Of a DNA stretch of 64,000 nt, positions 49,701 through 58,903 are shown piece by piece. The position numbers and the translations under genes were made by a program. The notes beneath the pieces were generated by a model that saw only the letters and a program-made list of their open reading frames with translations, was not told the origin of the DNA and did not search any database. The number at the start of each line of letters is the position of its first letter. The stretch's first letter is position 1. Origin of the DNA: Ostreococcus lucimarinus (taxonomy: Eukaryota); NCBI GenBank assembly GCA_000092065.1, contig CP000585.1; one strand, written 5' to 3'.

Positions 49701-51256
49701 CTTCACCGCGAACGCCTTCGGCGTCCACAGGAGAAGGCTTTGCTGCGGCTTTGATTCGCAGAGTCACGTTTACGCAGTCCGGTGAAAGCAAAGAAGAACC
49801 GAAGGATGAAGAAACCTACGTGCGCGATGCCGAGAAGGATGAACGTGACTTCGAATCGCTTCGCCATCTCAGTGAAAAAGTGGCGGCGCCCCCGATGGAC
49901 GAAAACTCGCATCTCGACGCTTGGCGGAGCGCAAATTTAGAAGGCGGCGTGTCGCGATGGACGCGTGCCATGCGACTCGTGAACGCGCTGGGGGATCACG
50001 GAGTGCCATTCATGAAAGGCGCGTATCCGGATAACACCGGTGCAGATGATGATGGACCGATTCGTATTCTGAGTTTGGATGGAGGCGGCATGCGTGGCAT
50101 CGGCACGCTCGTCATGTTGGAACGCATCCTAGAGGCTACGAATAGTTGGTGTGTCGGAGACTGCTTCGACCTCGTTGTAGGCACTTCCACGGGTGGTATC
50201 ATCGCTGTTGGTGCTGGTCTGCTTAGGATGACGACCGACGAGTTGCACGAGCTGTACGTCAAGATGGGCGATGAGATATTCCCTAGAAAAGCCGACTCAT
50301 CCTTGACTCACTGGTACAACCAAACGACAAAGTTCTACCACCGCGGTCGAGAAGAGGCAAGAAGTTTTGAGACTATGCTGCGCAAAGCGTTGCGAGAGGA
50401 AGCCGAAAAACCACTGTACAGTATCACGTCCCATCCACGTTGGTATTCCTCGACTTCTCCGCCGCCGCACGTCTGTCTAGTTTCACACCTCGTGAGTCGG
50501 TCACCTGCCACAACGTTTCTGATGCGTTCGTACAAACACGACGCGAGAGGCAAAAGCCATCTCGGCCACTTGCCAGGCGAACATCGTGCGAGCTTGTTGA
50601 ACTCAATTCGCGCGACGACTGCCGCGCCTTGGTTCTTGGAAGAGCTCAGGATGAAGAAAGAAATCGGGGGCGCTGGAGGTTTTGCACGAGAGCGTAAGTC
50701 TGAAGCCGATAACGCGAACTCTCGCGCGTCGCCCAACGACGTGGAAAAGAAGCAGACTACGGAAGACCATCGCCACGATCATCAAAGAGCACCGACAAAC
50801 GTCAATGCGGAGATCCGATTGATCGACGGCGCCATCGCGAGCAACAATCCCACCGCCGTCGCGGTCTTTGAAGCGCGTCGCTTGTTCTCAAAATCCCGAC
50901 CGCTCTGCGTCGTTTCTCTCGGCACCGGTGCCGCCGTTCCAAACTCTCGCGACGCGCGTCTATCCGGTTTCCCCGGTTGGCTCGACAATACCATCCACGC
51001 GTCGTGCGACGTCGCCCAAGTCGACGCCACCATCAGACACTTACTCGGCGCCGACGACGCGTATTACCGTTTCCAGCCAACCGCCGACGTCTTCAGCTGC
51101 GAGCTCAACGACGTCTCCCCCGAGACGTCGTCCAAGCTCAAGCACGCCGCCGCCGCGTACATGGACACCGTCGACGCCCAGGTTCGCGAGCTCGCCGAGA
51201 TTCTTCGCATCGCCGCCGCGCCCTCGCCATCGAACCGCCCAGACGGCGCGCGATGA
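46772..51256 (+). CDS. Large patatin-like phospholipase (iPLA2/PNPLA8-like catalytic domain at the C-terminus) with a ~1000-aa N-terminal region of unknown function
   Basis: The patatin motifs are ILSLDGGGMRGIG (oxyanion GGxR), VVGTSTGGII (GxSxG nucleophile) and IDGAIASNNPT (catalytic Asp). I recognised nothing in the N-terminal 3 kb. ATG at 46772. Confidence 0.8.
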   Translation: MTLRFRRPRVGKVWEHGAAVDVVVERADDFDRDRARECEISLVGQGAWMRSSKHATLGKISFREGEGEGERELDEGKLTWRVPEDVPSGEYELKASVPNSRPAIETTTRIVISERMKARRTSAGTCEATWDARAIPGDYTAEDGWKLAIDITPVIEEGEDVNAVVSHAFILAAESGLKTHTKDGTRILCDISEAERESRRKTLRLLPNRACDIALCAFGDESDAMADYVTLRVRVDMSQTMMEVCASGHPSQTISSRSVHSADGYYSRSPPIKSIEKKPDGEELKDVTNIDDREAVLKDDLSLGRWAAEESTDGWRQEPGLNVLVVRADDFQPIYECTWDTSGGARRAKEIETQLQSFMKSFFDGGAVDVARKSVPEHFLCITTCGQWSGGTAKISEKISKALQLVLVGILGSDKGDDGVSARIHKALAVPDKPLAIAAVSYGSARDEVHTWVDVSEPKGKAIIKTSLSNSNGAWYPTLIQRGEGEHASDWYIPWRNYAREGWSVLSEDARVQRYSQLIGDIRHMVFDAESGSRVSVYNLVRALVKYASRRSGDKSLVPTVDMLLVEIILSRGALAVVECVNAGAVEYVVDRVLSCVREDATHDKLEVLDKAYIKSLLKLLTVDDFAMYAEGIRRGAADAALRVIHAFWNGSSTFFDSNSREMLSQLAEHMALTDLATVRMVAKDEHSMTAFTAIRSSLTCAAPYSGEISGKVHILDILPANEQDGLIELPTSPRTNDDVSPVMTPAQKILQAYDEIWEGGESPDKDGDKEWTMVETGADQVNQPDNAASSSLQIEEPVMHTPEPIKRTMSGQIESAPEQPLDGIVILCAKGGDWNTHISMIRQAPRLMWRARERGARAVIFTWPRRGLACVPVQPLLSSPNFDNVTNIPSFVMCAESLTRLLQFSDDCTLKIEIPPNGLVGTAEALAKRIGNQLMAACADRPPPMTPSVTPPIAGRFRGRFKHTDAQTLLPREDVSSPRTPSASTGEGFAAALIRRVTFTQSGESKEEPKDEETYVRDAEKDERDFESLRHLSEKVAAPPMDENSHLDAWRSANLEGGVSRWTRAMRLVNALGDHGVPFMKGAYPDNTGADDDGPIRILSLDGGGMRGIGTLVMLERILEATNSWCVGDCFDLVVGTSTGGIIAVGAGLLRMTTDELHELYVKMGDEIFPRKADSSLTHWYNQTTKFYHRGREEARSFETMLRKALREEAEKPLYSITSHPRWYSSTSPPPHVCLVSHLVSRSPATTFLMRSYKHDARGKSHLGHLPGEHRASLLNSIRATTAAPWFLEELRMKKEIGGAGGFARERKSEADNANSRASPNDVEKKQTTEDHRHDHQRAPTNVNAEIRLIDGAIASNNPTAVAVFEARRLFSKSRPLCVVSLGTGAAVPNSRDARLSGFPGWLDNTIHASCDVAQVDATIRHLLGADDAYYRFQPTADVFSCELNDVSPETSSKLKHAAAAYMDTVDAQVRELAEILRIAAAPSPSNRPDGAR

Positions 51257-51347
51257 AATCCAAATTGAAAAGCCGTTAGCCAAGCATCGACTGACTAATC
51301 ATTCCACCCTCCGGCCCGCACACGTCGCCTCGCGCGCCGCGGGCGCC

Positions 51348-54300
51348 ATGCTGGCGCACATCGCGAAAACCGTGAGCGACACGGTGCAGAAAACCACGCG
51401 CGCGCGCGCGTGCGAGCGTTTAAAGCCGTCCGGGACGCTCGCGCTCGACAAACAGACGGGCGCGGTTCGCGCGCTCGGAGTCGTCGACGAACGCCTGCTC
51501 GGCGCGTGCGATGACGGCGGACTGCGTTGTTGGAGCACCACGTCGGGGGCGCTGACGTCGCAAGCGCGCGCGCACGCGGGCGCGGTGACGGCGATGGTGA
51601 CGTCGAAGGATGGGACGCGCGTGACGAGCGCCAGCGAGCGCGGCGACGCGGCGACGCGAGACGCGCGCACGGGCGTCGTGACGATGGAACTCGAAAATGG
51701 CGTCGATGCCGTTGCGCTGTGGTGCCTCGGGATGTTGACGAGCGGAGAGTTGGTGGGAGGGGACGACGTGGGGAGGATTTTCGTGTGGGAGGACGGCGAA
51801 CGGTTTCCAATTTGGCGATTCGCGTCGACGGCCGAGTCGGCGCCGATGCCTGGGAAGGCAAAACGTCTGAAGCCTTCGGAAGGGCCGCCTGATCGCGTGC
51901 ACGCGGTGTCGGGGTGGGTGCATCGTTCGACGGGGAAGGAGTTCGTGGTGAGCGGGAACGGGCATGGGATTCTGAGTCTGTGGACGGTTCGCGTGGGCAA
52001 GCCGGTAGCGGAGTTCGGTCCTGACGACGGCGGGCATCGGGGCGCGATTCACACCGTGTGCGATAACGAAGGCGTGATCGTTACCGGTGGGGCGGATGGG
52101 CGCGTGTTGGCGTGGTACGTCAACGAAGAAGGTCAGCTTCTCGGTCCACCGGAGGAACTCAGCGTCCACGGACATCACACGGGCGCCGTGTTATGCGCGG
52201 CGAGCATCCGTCCCGGCTTTGTGTGCACGGGAGGCGTCGATGGACGCGCGTTGGTGTGGGATATCAAGGCGCGAGCAGTATTATTTGAGTGTCCGGGCAC
52301 GAAATCGGCGGGAGCTGTGCGGTCGCTCGCCTTCGATGGAAATGGTGTGCTTTACGTCGGATGCGCTCTGTCACAAATTTCACGATGGGAATTGCCGAGC
52401 GACGAGTTTCTCAGCTCTCGCAGTCGCGACGAGCTCCCCTTACTAACGCGTAACATGAGCAGCGAAAACATTAGTCAAGCTGTGCCACACTCGGTGAGCG
52501 CGCCGACCCCGAAGCGAGACGTCGCCGCGGAAGAATTGAGTCTCGCAGATACAATCAAGACGCTGGACGCCGTTCGCAAAGAGTGTGAGCGTTTACGAGA
52601 GTCAGACAGGAGTCGCGCATCGAAGGTTATAGGCCTTGAAAAGGAGCTCGTGACCGTGAACAAGTCGCTTGCTAACGTCGGAGAGGAAAATCAGCGACTC
52701 AGGGCCAAGGTAGATTCGATGGCGCCAACGCCGAGCGTTGCGCCGAAGGACGACGAAATCGAGGCGCTGCGCAAGAAGTGCGACAAGATGGAGAACATCG
52801 CTCGTAAGCAAAAGACGAAAATCGAAGAGCTGAAGGGCGAGTTACAATCGGCGGAAAGCTCGCGTGCCGAGGACCAAAAGCGCGCGACAGACGAGCTCGA
52901 GGCGTCGAACGAGAAGCTGGCAGGCCTGCATAAAGAGCTTGAAGAAGCGCTCGCGGGCGCTCAGGGTGAAGGTTTGAGCGTGGAGGACATGATGGCTGCA
53001 GCCGAGAAAGCTTTGCTGAGTCCAGAGCCTGCGACGAGTGAAGCATCCCAGGAAATGATGCGCGAGCTGCATAGCGTGCGGGAAGAATTGCAACTGTCTA
53101 AACAAGACGTCGCGAGTGCGGAGCAGACCATCGCAAAATTGCGCACGCAGCACGATGTGCTCACCGCACGCGCAAAGGAAATAGAGGAACAGAGCCAATC
53201 CCTTTCACAATCACAAGACGCAAAAGTGGCGACGTTACGTGAGGATGTGACATCCCTTCGCGAAAAACTCGGGTCAAAGGATGCGGAATTAGACGATTTG
53301 CGCAAGCAACTCGGCGAAGCGAAGAAGCGAGCCGAAGCGCTCGATAGGGAACGTCTCGAACTCACGGCGCAATGCGAAGAAACATCAAGGCACCATAAAG
53401 ACGTTGACGCATCAAACGCTGAGGTTACAAGAATGCGCGAAAAATTTGAAAACGCAGTCACGAAAGGCAAAGGATTCCAAGAAGAAGGCAAAAAGCTCCG
53501 CGCAGAGCTTGAGGCGAAACACGTGGAGCTGGCCCAAGCTCAGGATGTTTCGACTTCGATGCGGGCTCGCGTGACAGAGCTTATGGCGAGTTTAGACGCC
53601 GCAAACGAGAAAGTCACCGATGGGCTTCGGCTTCTTGCGCAGAAGGAGGAAGAAGTAGCCAGGAGTGCGTCGACATTGAAAACCGTCGAGAATGCGGCGA
53701 AAGAACTCAACACAGCGAAAGCGGAGACAGCCAAACTGCAGCAAAAGTTTGATAACGCGGTCAAGAAAGGAAAAGGATATCAAAGCGAGTGCGGTGCGCT
53801 CACCGCTCGGCTGAAAGAACGCGAGAGCGCGTTGTCGGCATCAAATGCGTCAAAGGCTCAGGTTGAATCACAGCTTGCCGCTGCTGTCGCAGAAATTGAG
53901 CTCGTGCGTTCCGAGCTCGAGACAAGACTTGACGACGTGCAGCGCAATTCCACAAAAGATACCGAAGAACTTAATTCATTGCGCGAGCGCTTGCACGACG
54001 CCGAGGCGCGCCTTCGTGCTGCAGAAGATACGAAGGGCTCCGCCATTGCGGAGCGCGAAGGTAAAATCTCTGCGCTGGAGAAGCAAATTAACGAGTCAGA
54101 TGCGAACTTTGAGCGGATGCGCACCGAACTAGCAGCGCGTGATGAGGAACGCGATCGACTTATATCGCAGATCAAATCGAGCGAAGCGGCCCAGGAGGAG
54201 CTTCAAAAGCTTCGCTCGAGCATCGAGTCATACGAGACGGAAATGGTGTCTCTCAAGACTGCGATAGACACGGCGAAGACAAAATTTGCCAATGCGGTTA

Positions 54301-55322
54301 AGAAAGGGAAAGGATTTCAAGAAGACGCTAATAAACTTCGTGATGAATTAGCCGCGAAAGATGCCGAGCTTGCACATGCCCGCGGCGAGTCAGCTTCGGT
54401 AGACACTCACCGCGCTGAGCTCGCGGCGAGTTTAGATGCTGCGAACGCGAAGATCTCAGATGGCCTTCGCCTTCTTGCGCAGAAGGAAAACGAAATCTCG
54501 GGTCTGGCGGCGGAGTTGAAAGCAGTCCAAAGTCGATGTACTACGCTCGAAGAGGATATCAGCAAGAGAGACGCCAAGAAGAACGATGAAATCGAGCAAG
54601 ATGTGCGGGGACAGCGGTGGCTCGAGGAGCAAGCACGCGCTGCGGCGGAGTCTCAAGTGAGAGATTTGGCGGAGGAGAACGAACGACTGAAGCAAGAAGT
54701 TGCGGCAGCAGCGGCTGCAGCGCAGGACGCGTGGCAAGTTGCGGCGAGCCACGGCGTGCGTCCTGGAGATTCTCGGCCTGTGAGCGAAGTGGGGTCCCCC
54801 GTTCGCGAAGGCTATGGTCATCGAGCACGCTCGCTCTATCAACAACCAACGTATCGAGGTGCCATGTCGATGGTGCACGAAAGGAACGACATGGTTGTAC
54901 CCAGAGAAGACTACGACCGCGTCAAGGAGCGATGTGTAAAATTGAAGAGAGATTTAGAGGCGGCGAAGCAGGCGGCAAAGGAAGCTGTGCAGCAAGTCAT
55001 CAACCGTTTGGAGCTGGAAGTGATGGCCAAAATTCATGCTGAATCTTCCGCGAAAGCCGCAGAAGCGGAATGTGATCGCGCGTGGGCGCACGCAAAAGAC
55101 GCGCTAGCTACGGCGCGCGAGATGCAAAAGCAACCGGCTCGTCAGCTAGCTGTCGCCGAAGCGTCAAGCGTCAAGCCACAGCCACCCCCGGGTACGCGCG
55201 CGGCGGTTGCGATGGAGCGTCAAAACGGTAACGGCGTGGTCGTCATTCGACAAGAACACTTAGCATCGATCGTCGCCGCGCTCCTCTCATTCATCATCGG
55301 AACGTGGTTTGCGAAATTCTAG
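51348..55322 (+). CDS. WD40-repeat plus ~900-aa coiled-coil protein with a C-terminal tail-anchor TM helix; it contains a triplicated internal module
   Basis: The WD-like N-terminus runs from ~51350 to 52450 (GLRCWSTTSG, GRIFVWEDGE, GILSLWTVRVGKP, GRVLAWYVNEEGQ, GRALVWDIKARAV). A continuous coiled coil follows. The C-terminal TM is LASIVAALLSFIIGTWFAKF. The ATG at 51348 lies 92 bp after the patatin stop codon. Confidence 0.7.
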   Translation: MLAHIAKTVSDTVQKTTRARACERLKPSGTLALDKQTGAVRALGVVDERLLGACDDGGLRCWSTTSGALTSQARAHAGAVTAMVTSKDGTRVTSASERGDAATRDARTGVVTMELENGVDAVALWCLGMLTSGELVGGDDVGRIFVWEDGERFPIWRFASTAESAPMPGKAKRLKPSEGPPDRVHAVSGWVHRSTGKEFVVSGNGHGILSLWTVRVGKPVAEFGPDDGGHRGAIHTVCDNEGVIVTGGADGRVLAWYVNEEGQLLGPPEELSVHGHHTGAVLCAASIRPGFVCTGGVDGRALVWDIKARAVLFECPGTKSAGAVRSLAFDGNGVLYVGCALSQISRWELPSDEFLSSRSRDELPLLTRNMSSENISQAVPHSVSAPTPKRDVAAEELSLADTIKTLDAVRKECERLRESDRSRASKVIGLEKELVTVNKSLANVGEENQRLRAKVDSMAPTPSVAPKDDEIEALRKKCDKMENIARKQKTKIEELKGELQSAESSRAEDQKRATDELEASNEKLAGLHKELEEALAGAQGEGLSVEDMMAAAEKALLSPEPATSEASQEMMRELHSVREELQLSKQDVASAEQTIAKLRTQHDVLTARAKEIEEQSQSLSQSQDAKVATLREDVTSLREKLGSKDAELDDLRKQLGEAKKRAEALDRERLELTAQCEETSRHHKDVDASNAEVTRMREKFENAVTKGKGFQEEGKKLRAELEAKHVELAQAQDVSTSMRARVTELMASLDAANEKVTDGLRLLAQKEEEVARSASTLKTVENAAKELNTAKAETAKLQQKFDNAVKKGKGYQSECGALTARLKERESALSASNASKAQVESQLAAAVAEIELVRSELETRLDDVQRNSTKDTEELNSLRERLHDAEARLRAAEDTKGSAIAEREGKISALEKQINESDANFERMRTELAARDEERDRLISQIKSSEAAQEELQKLRSSIESYETEMVSLKTAIDTAKTKFANAVKKGKGFQEDANKLRDELAAKDAELAHARGESASVDTHRAELAASLDAANAKISDGLRLLAQKENEISGLAAELKAVQSRCTTLEEDISKRDAKKNDEIEQDVRGQRWLEEQARAAAESQVRDLAEENERLKQEVAAAAAAAQDAWQVAASHGVRPGDSRPVSEVGSPVREGYGHRARSLYQQPTYRGAMSMVHERNDMVVPREDYDRVKERCVKLKRDLEAAKQAAKEAVQQVINRLELEVMAKIHAESSAKAAEAECDRAWAHAKDALATAREMQKQPARQLAVAEASSVKPQPPPGTRAAVAMERQNGNGVVVIRQEHLASIVAALLSFIIGTWFAKF

Positions 55323-55338
55323 AAGTTGCCATTAAATT

Positions 55339-56142
55339 CTACTTGCTGAAAATGTCTTTGATACCATCGAGGAGCGATACACCGCGCTTCGGTCCGTTGA
55401 ACGCATCGAAAATCTTTCCAACTGCACTTTGCGGCTCGAAACGCGCCATTATTCTCTCGAATCTTGGATCCTGCCGCAGAATAGAGATGTCCTCGTCCTT
55501 GCGTATAGCCGGGTACTCGTCGTATCCGCGTTCGAGTGCCGCATTCAACGACGCCAGCCCTTCGCTCACATTACCGAGTTTTGCGTGACAGCACGCCGTG
55601 TTGTATCGAATCGCAATTTCTTCTCCAGCACTCAGCTCTCTTGGTTTGAACCCGGCGCTCGGCCCCGCTGGGGCGACTACGGATTTCCGATACCGTACCG
55701 GTCCGCTTCCCGCGAGCGTCGCCGCGCGCGCAAACGTGGCCAACGCCTTCTCGTAGTCCCCAGCCGCGTACTCTCTCTGTCCATCCGTGATGCACTCCCC
55801 CGCCGTATTCGCCATTCTTTCCTTCTCTTGCTCTTCTCGCAGCGATGCGAACGCGGCGTCGTCAATCATCTGCGGCACCGTCGCCCCAGCCGCGCCCACG
55901 AGCGCCGCCAAATCCGCGTCGCTCAGCTCCTGCAGGTTCGCCACGCCCACGTCCTCCGTGGAGTCGAAATCCATCCCAGCGTCATCATCAGCGTTCGCGT
56001 TCCACGTCAGCGGGTCGTTGGCGTCGAAAGCGCGTCCACGGGCGACGACGGCCGGTCGACGGCGAGGATGACGACGGTTCGCGAGCGAAGACTTCAACGG
56101 TGCCGCGGGCGCGCGCGCGTCGATCACGGACGCGGCGTGCAT
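55339..56142 (-). CDS. TPR-like repeat protein (start uncertain)
   Basis: TPR-like helical pairs (GDYEKALATFARAATLAG, IRYNTACCHAKLGNVSEGLASLNAALERGYDEY). The ORF-track start at 56250 is TTG; the first ATG is at 56142. Confidence 0.5.
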   Translation of the reverse strand: MHAASVIDARAPAAPLKSSLANRRHPRRRPAVVARGRAFDANDPLTWNANADDDAGMDFDSTEDVGVANLQELSDADLAALVGAAGATVPQMIDDAAFASLREEQEKERMANTAGECITDGQREYAAGDYEKALATFARAATLAGSGPVRYRKSVVAPAGPSAGFKPRELSAGEEIAIRYNTACCHAKLGNVSEGLASLNAALERGYDEYPAIRKDEDISILRQDPRFERIMARFEPQSAVGKIFDAFNGPKRGVSLLDGIKDIFSK

Positions 56143-56250
56143 ATCCGGAACGTCGAGGTGTGAGTTGGGATGATCGAGCGAGCGTGGCGCGCGGCGTCGG
56201 GCGGTCGTGGGGAAGTGGCGTCGTCCAGAGGGGACTGGCGCTATCCACAA

Positions 56251-56453
56251 CGTCGAGGTCGCCGACGGCTGGCGAGGTGCAACGTGCTTGATGCGTGATG
56301 TTGTTAGAGAAAAATTGCTGTTGTGTCAAATTGAAGCGCCAGTTCTATTCTAAACAATATATGAATGAATGGTTAACGTTGTGATTGGGTTGCAGTGAGC
56401 ACTTGTCCGGAGCTCGGTAAGATACACGGGAAGCTTTAGTTTTAAGCGATCCT
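56251..56453. terminator. AT-rich intergenic island that holds the 3' end of the DEAD-box helicase gene and the 5' region of the TPR gene (both on the minus strand)
   Basis: ttctaaacaatatatgaatgaatggttaacgttgtgattggg is the most AT-rich stretch in the window. Confidence 0.3.
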
Positions 56454-58823
56454 TTATTCGGACCAGCCGCCCCAGCTGGAGCCGCCGGATCGAGCGGGCG
56501 CACGATCGCGACCACCGCCACCGCCGCCGTAGCCATCACCGCCGTAATCGCGTCTTGGGGGACGATCGTTGTAATCGCGTCTCGGCGGACGATCGCCGAA
56601 GTCGCGCCGGGGGCGGTCGCCTCCTCCTCCGTCTCGACGTTCGTAGCCGCCCTCGCTTCGGCCGCGGTAGCCTCCCCCGCCATCACGATCGCGGCCACGG
56701 AAACCGCCGTCACGGTCACCTCCATAGCCCCGTCCGCCGCCACGGCCACGGCGCTCAAAGCCACCGCCGCCGCCCCGACCTCGGCCGCCGCCTCGGCCAT
56801 AGCCTCGGCCGCCGCCTCGGCCGCGTCGACCGCCGAACCCAGAGCGTTCTCGCGTTTGTTCAGCCATGAGATCAGGAAGTATCGTACAGACGCTCAGATC
56901 GAAACCATTCAAGTCCGTGACGGTTTCAAGATCCTTCATGTACGCGGCATCGATGTCGAAGCACAATCCGTTCTTGCTCTCCATGAAACGAATCTTGCCG
57001 CATCCATCCGCGAGCTTGCGGTCGATTTCAGTCAAAGCGCGAAGCAAGTCGCCCGCTCGGATCGCAGGCTCACTTCCTTCGCGGTCCAGAACCATATACG
57101 TGCACGAATTGGGCGCACCGGTGAGGAGCGATCGCGGAGGCGGCGCCTCCGTCTGCCCGCTGATGGCGGCCAGAGCGGCGGCCAGAAGCTTGGTGACTTC
57201 CTCGTCGGTGTCCGCCGGCAGCAGGCGAGCAGCGGCGGGAGAGAAATAAGGTAACAGTTCATCGTCCACTTTCGTGAGGACGTTAGAAGCGGTAACAGCG
57301 CAGGCGTCCATGACCTCCGTCGACGACGGAATGCCGATGGTGCGGAATTCGCATCCAGTTTCCTTTTTGATGCGACGAATCATGTAGGATTCGCGATCGG
57401 TGTGCATCGCGATCGCGGCACCGAGTTGTCCAGCGCGGCCGGTACGACCGCATCGATGCACGAACGATTCGACGTCGTTCGGGAGCTCGTAGTGAATGAC
57501 CAAGTCGACGTCGGAAATGTCCAAGCCGCGAGCGGCGACGTCGGTGGCAATGAGCACGCTGAAGCGGTTGTCACGGAATCGCTGGAGGGTGCGCTCGCGC
57601 TGCGCTTGAGCGATGTCGCCGTGGAGAACTTCAGATGCCACGCGACGACCGAGCGCGGCGGTGAGTTCATCGGCCGCGCGCTTGGTTTGCGTGAAGCAAA
57701 TAGCCTTCTTATCCTTGGCGTACACGGTGACGAGGTCCATGACGATGGAGGTTCGGTTCGCGTGCGACACGGCGCACGACATCAAATCAATCGTGTCCGC
57801 GACTTTTTGCTTGGAGTCACCGACCAAATCAACCACGACGTGCCCGGGTTTCAAGAACTTCTTCGTGATTTGCTTCACCCAGCTCGGCATCGTCGCCGAG
57901 AACAAAAACGTTTGGCGGCTCTCCGGGCAGTCTTGCAGAATCGCCTCCACGTCTTCCTCGAACCCGACGTTCAACATCTGATCCGCCTCGTCGAGCACCA
58001 CAAATTCGATTTCGCCCAAATCCAAGCTTCGTCTGTTCATCAAATCCTGCACCCGACCCGGGGTACCGACGACGATGTCGACCCCTCGACGAAGTTTACC
58101 CTCTTGCTGACCGATGGGCGTCCCCCCGTACACGCACACCGTCTCCAACGACGGCGCGGTGATGCAAATTTCGTTCTCAACCTGCTTCGCCAGCTCTCGC
58201 GTCGGCGCCAACACGATGCATTTCGGATTTCTCGACCGTCCGCTCGTTCCATCCGTCAACAATCGCTCAATCACCGGCAGCGCGAACGCTAGCGTCTTCC
58301 CCGTCCCCGTTCTCGCCCTTCCCACGACGTCCTCTCCCGACAGCGCCGGTTTCAGCACCGCCTGCTGTATCGGAAACAGCGTGTCCACGCCTCGTTTTCT
58401 CAGCGCCGCCACCGTGATCGCCGACATTCCGAAATTCCCCACGTCCATCGGGTCCGCGTCCGCCTTCACCTTTATCACGACCTCGTCCTCGTCCGCGACG
58501 TACCCCTCCTCCAGCGCGCTCTCGCGCTCGTCCGGCGCGTACCGCCCCGCGAACGCGTCGTCGTCGTCCGCATCGTCCTCGTCGTCGTCGCCGAACGCGC
58601 CGTCGATCTTCGCGAGCAATCGCGCGTCGTCGCCGTCGTCGTCGGCGGCGAATCCCGCCGCCGCCGCCGCCGCCGGTCGCGCCGTCGTCGACGCGCGATG
58701 GCGACGCGCGACGGCGGCGGGACGGCGCGCGAGCGCGTCGGCGCGCCGCGGGATCGCGCGCGCGTTCGCGGGGCGCGCGGCGGCGCGCGCGAGCGTCGCG
58801 AAGGCGACGGCAAAGGACGCCAT
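56454..58823 (-). CDS. DEAD-box ATP-dependent RNA helicase (plant RH3/RH7-like) with a C-terminal Gly/Arg-rich (RGG/GYGR) tail
   Basis: Q-motif region FPIQQAV, motif I GRARTGTGKTLAF, PTRELA, DEAD (VLDEADQML), SAT, and HRCGRTGRAG. The C-terminus reads GFGGRRGRGGGRGYGRGGGRGRGGGGGFERRGRGGGRGYGGDRDGGFRGRDRDGG. The ATG at 58823 gives a transit-peptide-like MASFAVAFATLARAAARP. The upstream 138 codons are Arg/Pro-rich and doubtful. Confidence 0.85.
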   Translation of the reverse strand: MASFAVAFATLARAAARPANARAIPRRADALARRPAAVARRHRASTTARPAAAAAAGFAADDDGDDARLLAKIDGAFGDDDEDDADDDDAFAGRYAPDERESALEEGYVADEDEVVIKVKADADPMDVGNFGMSAITVAALRKRGVDTLFPIQQAVLKPALSGEDVVGRARTGTGKTLAFALPVIERLLTDGTSGRSRNPKCIVLAPTRELAKQVENEICITAPSLETVCVYGGTPIGQQEGKLRRGVDIVVGTPGRVQDLMNRRSLDLGEIEFVVLDEADQMLNVGFEEDVEAILQDCPESRQTFLFSATMPSWVKQITKKFLKPGHVVVDLVGDSKQKVADTIDLMSCAVSHANRTSIVMDLVTVYAKDKKAICFTQTKRAADELTAALGRRVASEVLHGDIAQAQRERTLQRFRDNRFSVLIATDVAARGLDISDVDLVIHYELPNDVESFVHRCGRTGRAGQLGAAIAMHTDRESYMIRRIKKETGCEFRTIGIPSSTEVMDACAVTASNVLTKVDDELLPYFSPAAARLLPADTDEEVTKLLAAALAAISGQTEAPPPRSLLTGAPNSCTYMVLDREGSEPAIRAGDLLRALTEIDRKLADGCGKIRFMESKNGLCFDIDAAYMKDLETVTDLNGFDLSVCTILPDLMAEQTRERSGFGGRRGRGGGRGYGRGGGRGRGGGGGFERRGRGGGRGYGGDRDGGFRGRDRDGGGGYRGRSEGGYERRDGGGGDRPRRDFGDRPPRRDYNDRPPRRDYGGDGYGGGGGGRDRAPARSGGSSWGGWSE

Positions 58824-58903
58824 TCGCGCGAATGCGTCGGCGTGTGCGGCGAGGGGCTCTTGACATTTGACGCCGAGACGCGAGACGCGAAGAAGGAATA
58901 CAG

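Noticed and set aside
50868-51347. 5' extension of the WD40/coiled-coil ORF overlapping the last 390 bp of the patatin gene
   Set aside because: The extension is Ser/Pro/Thr/Arg low-complexity in a different frame over the conserved patatin C-terminus. The first ATG after the patatin stop (51348) gives a sensible N-terminus.
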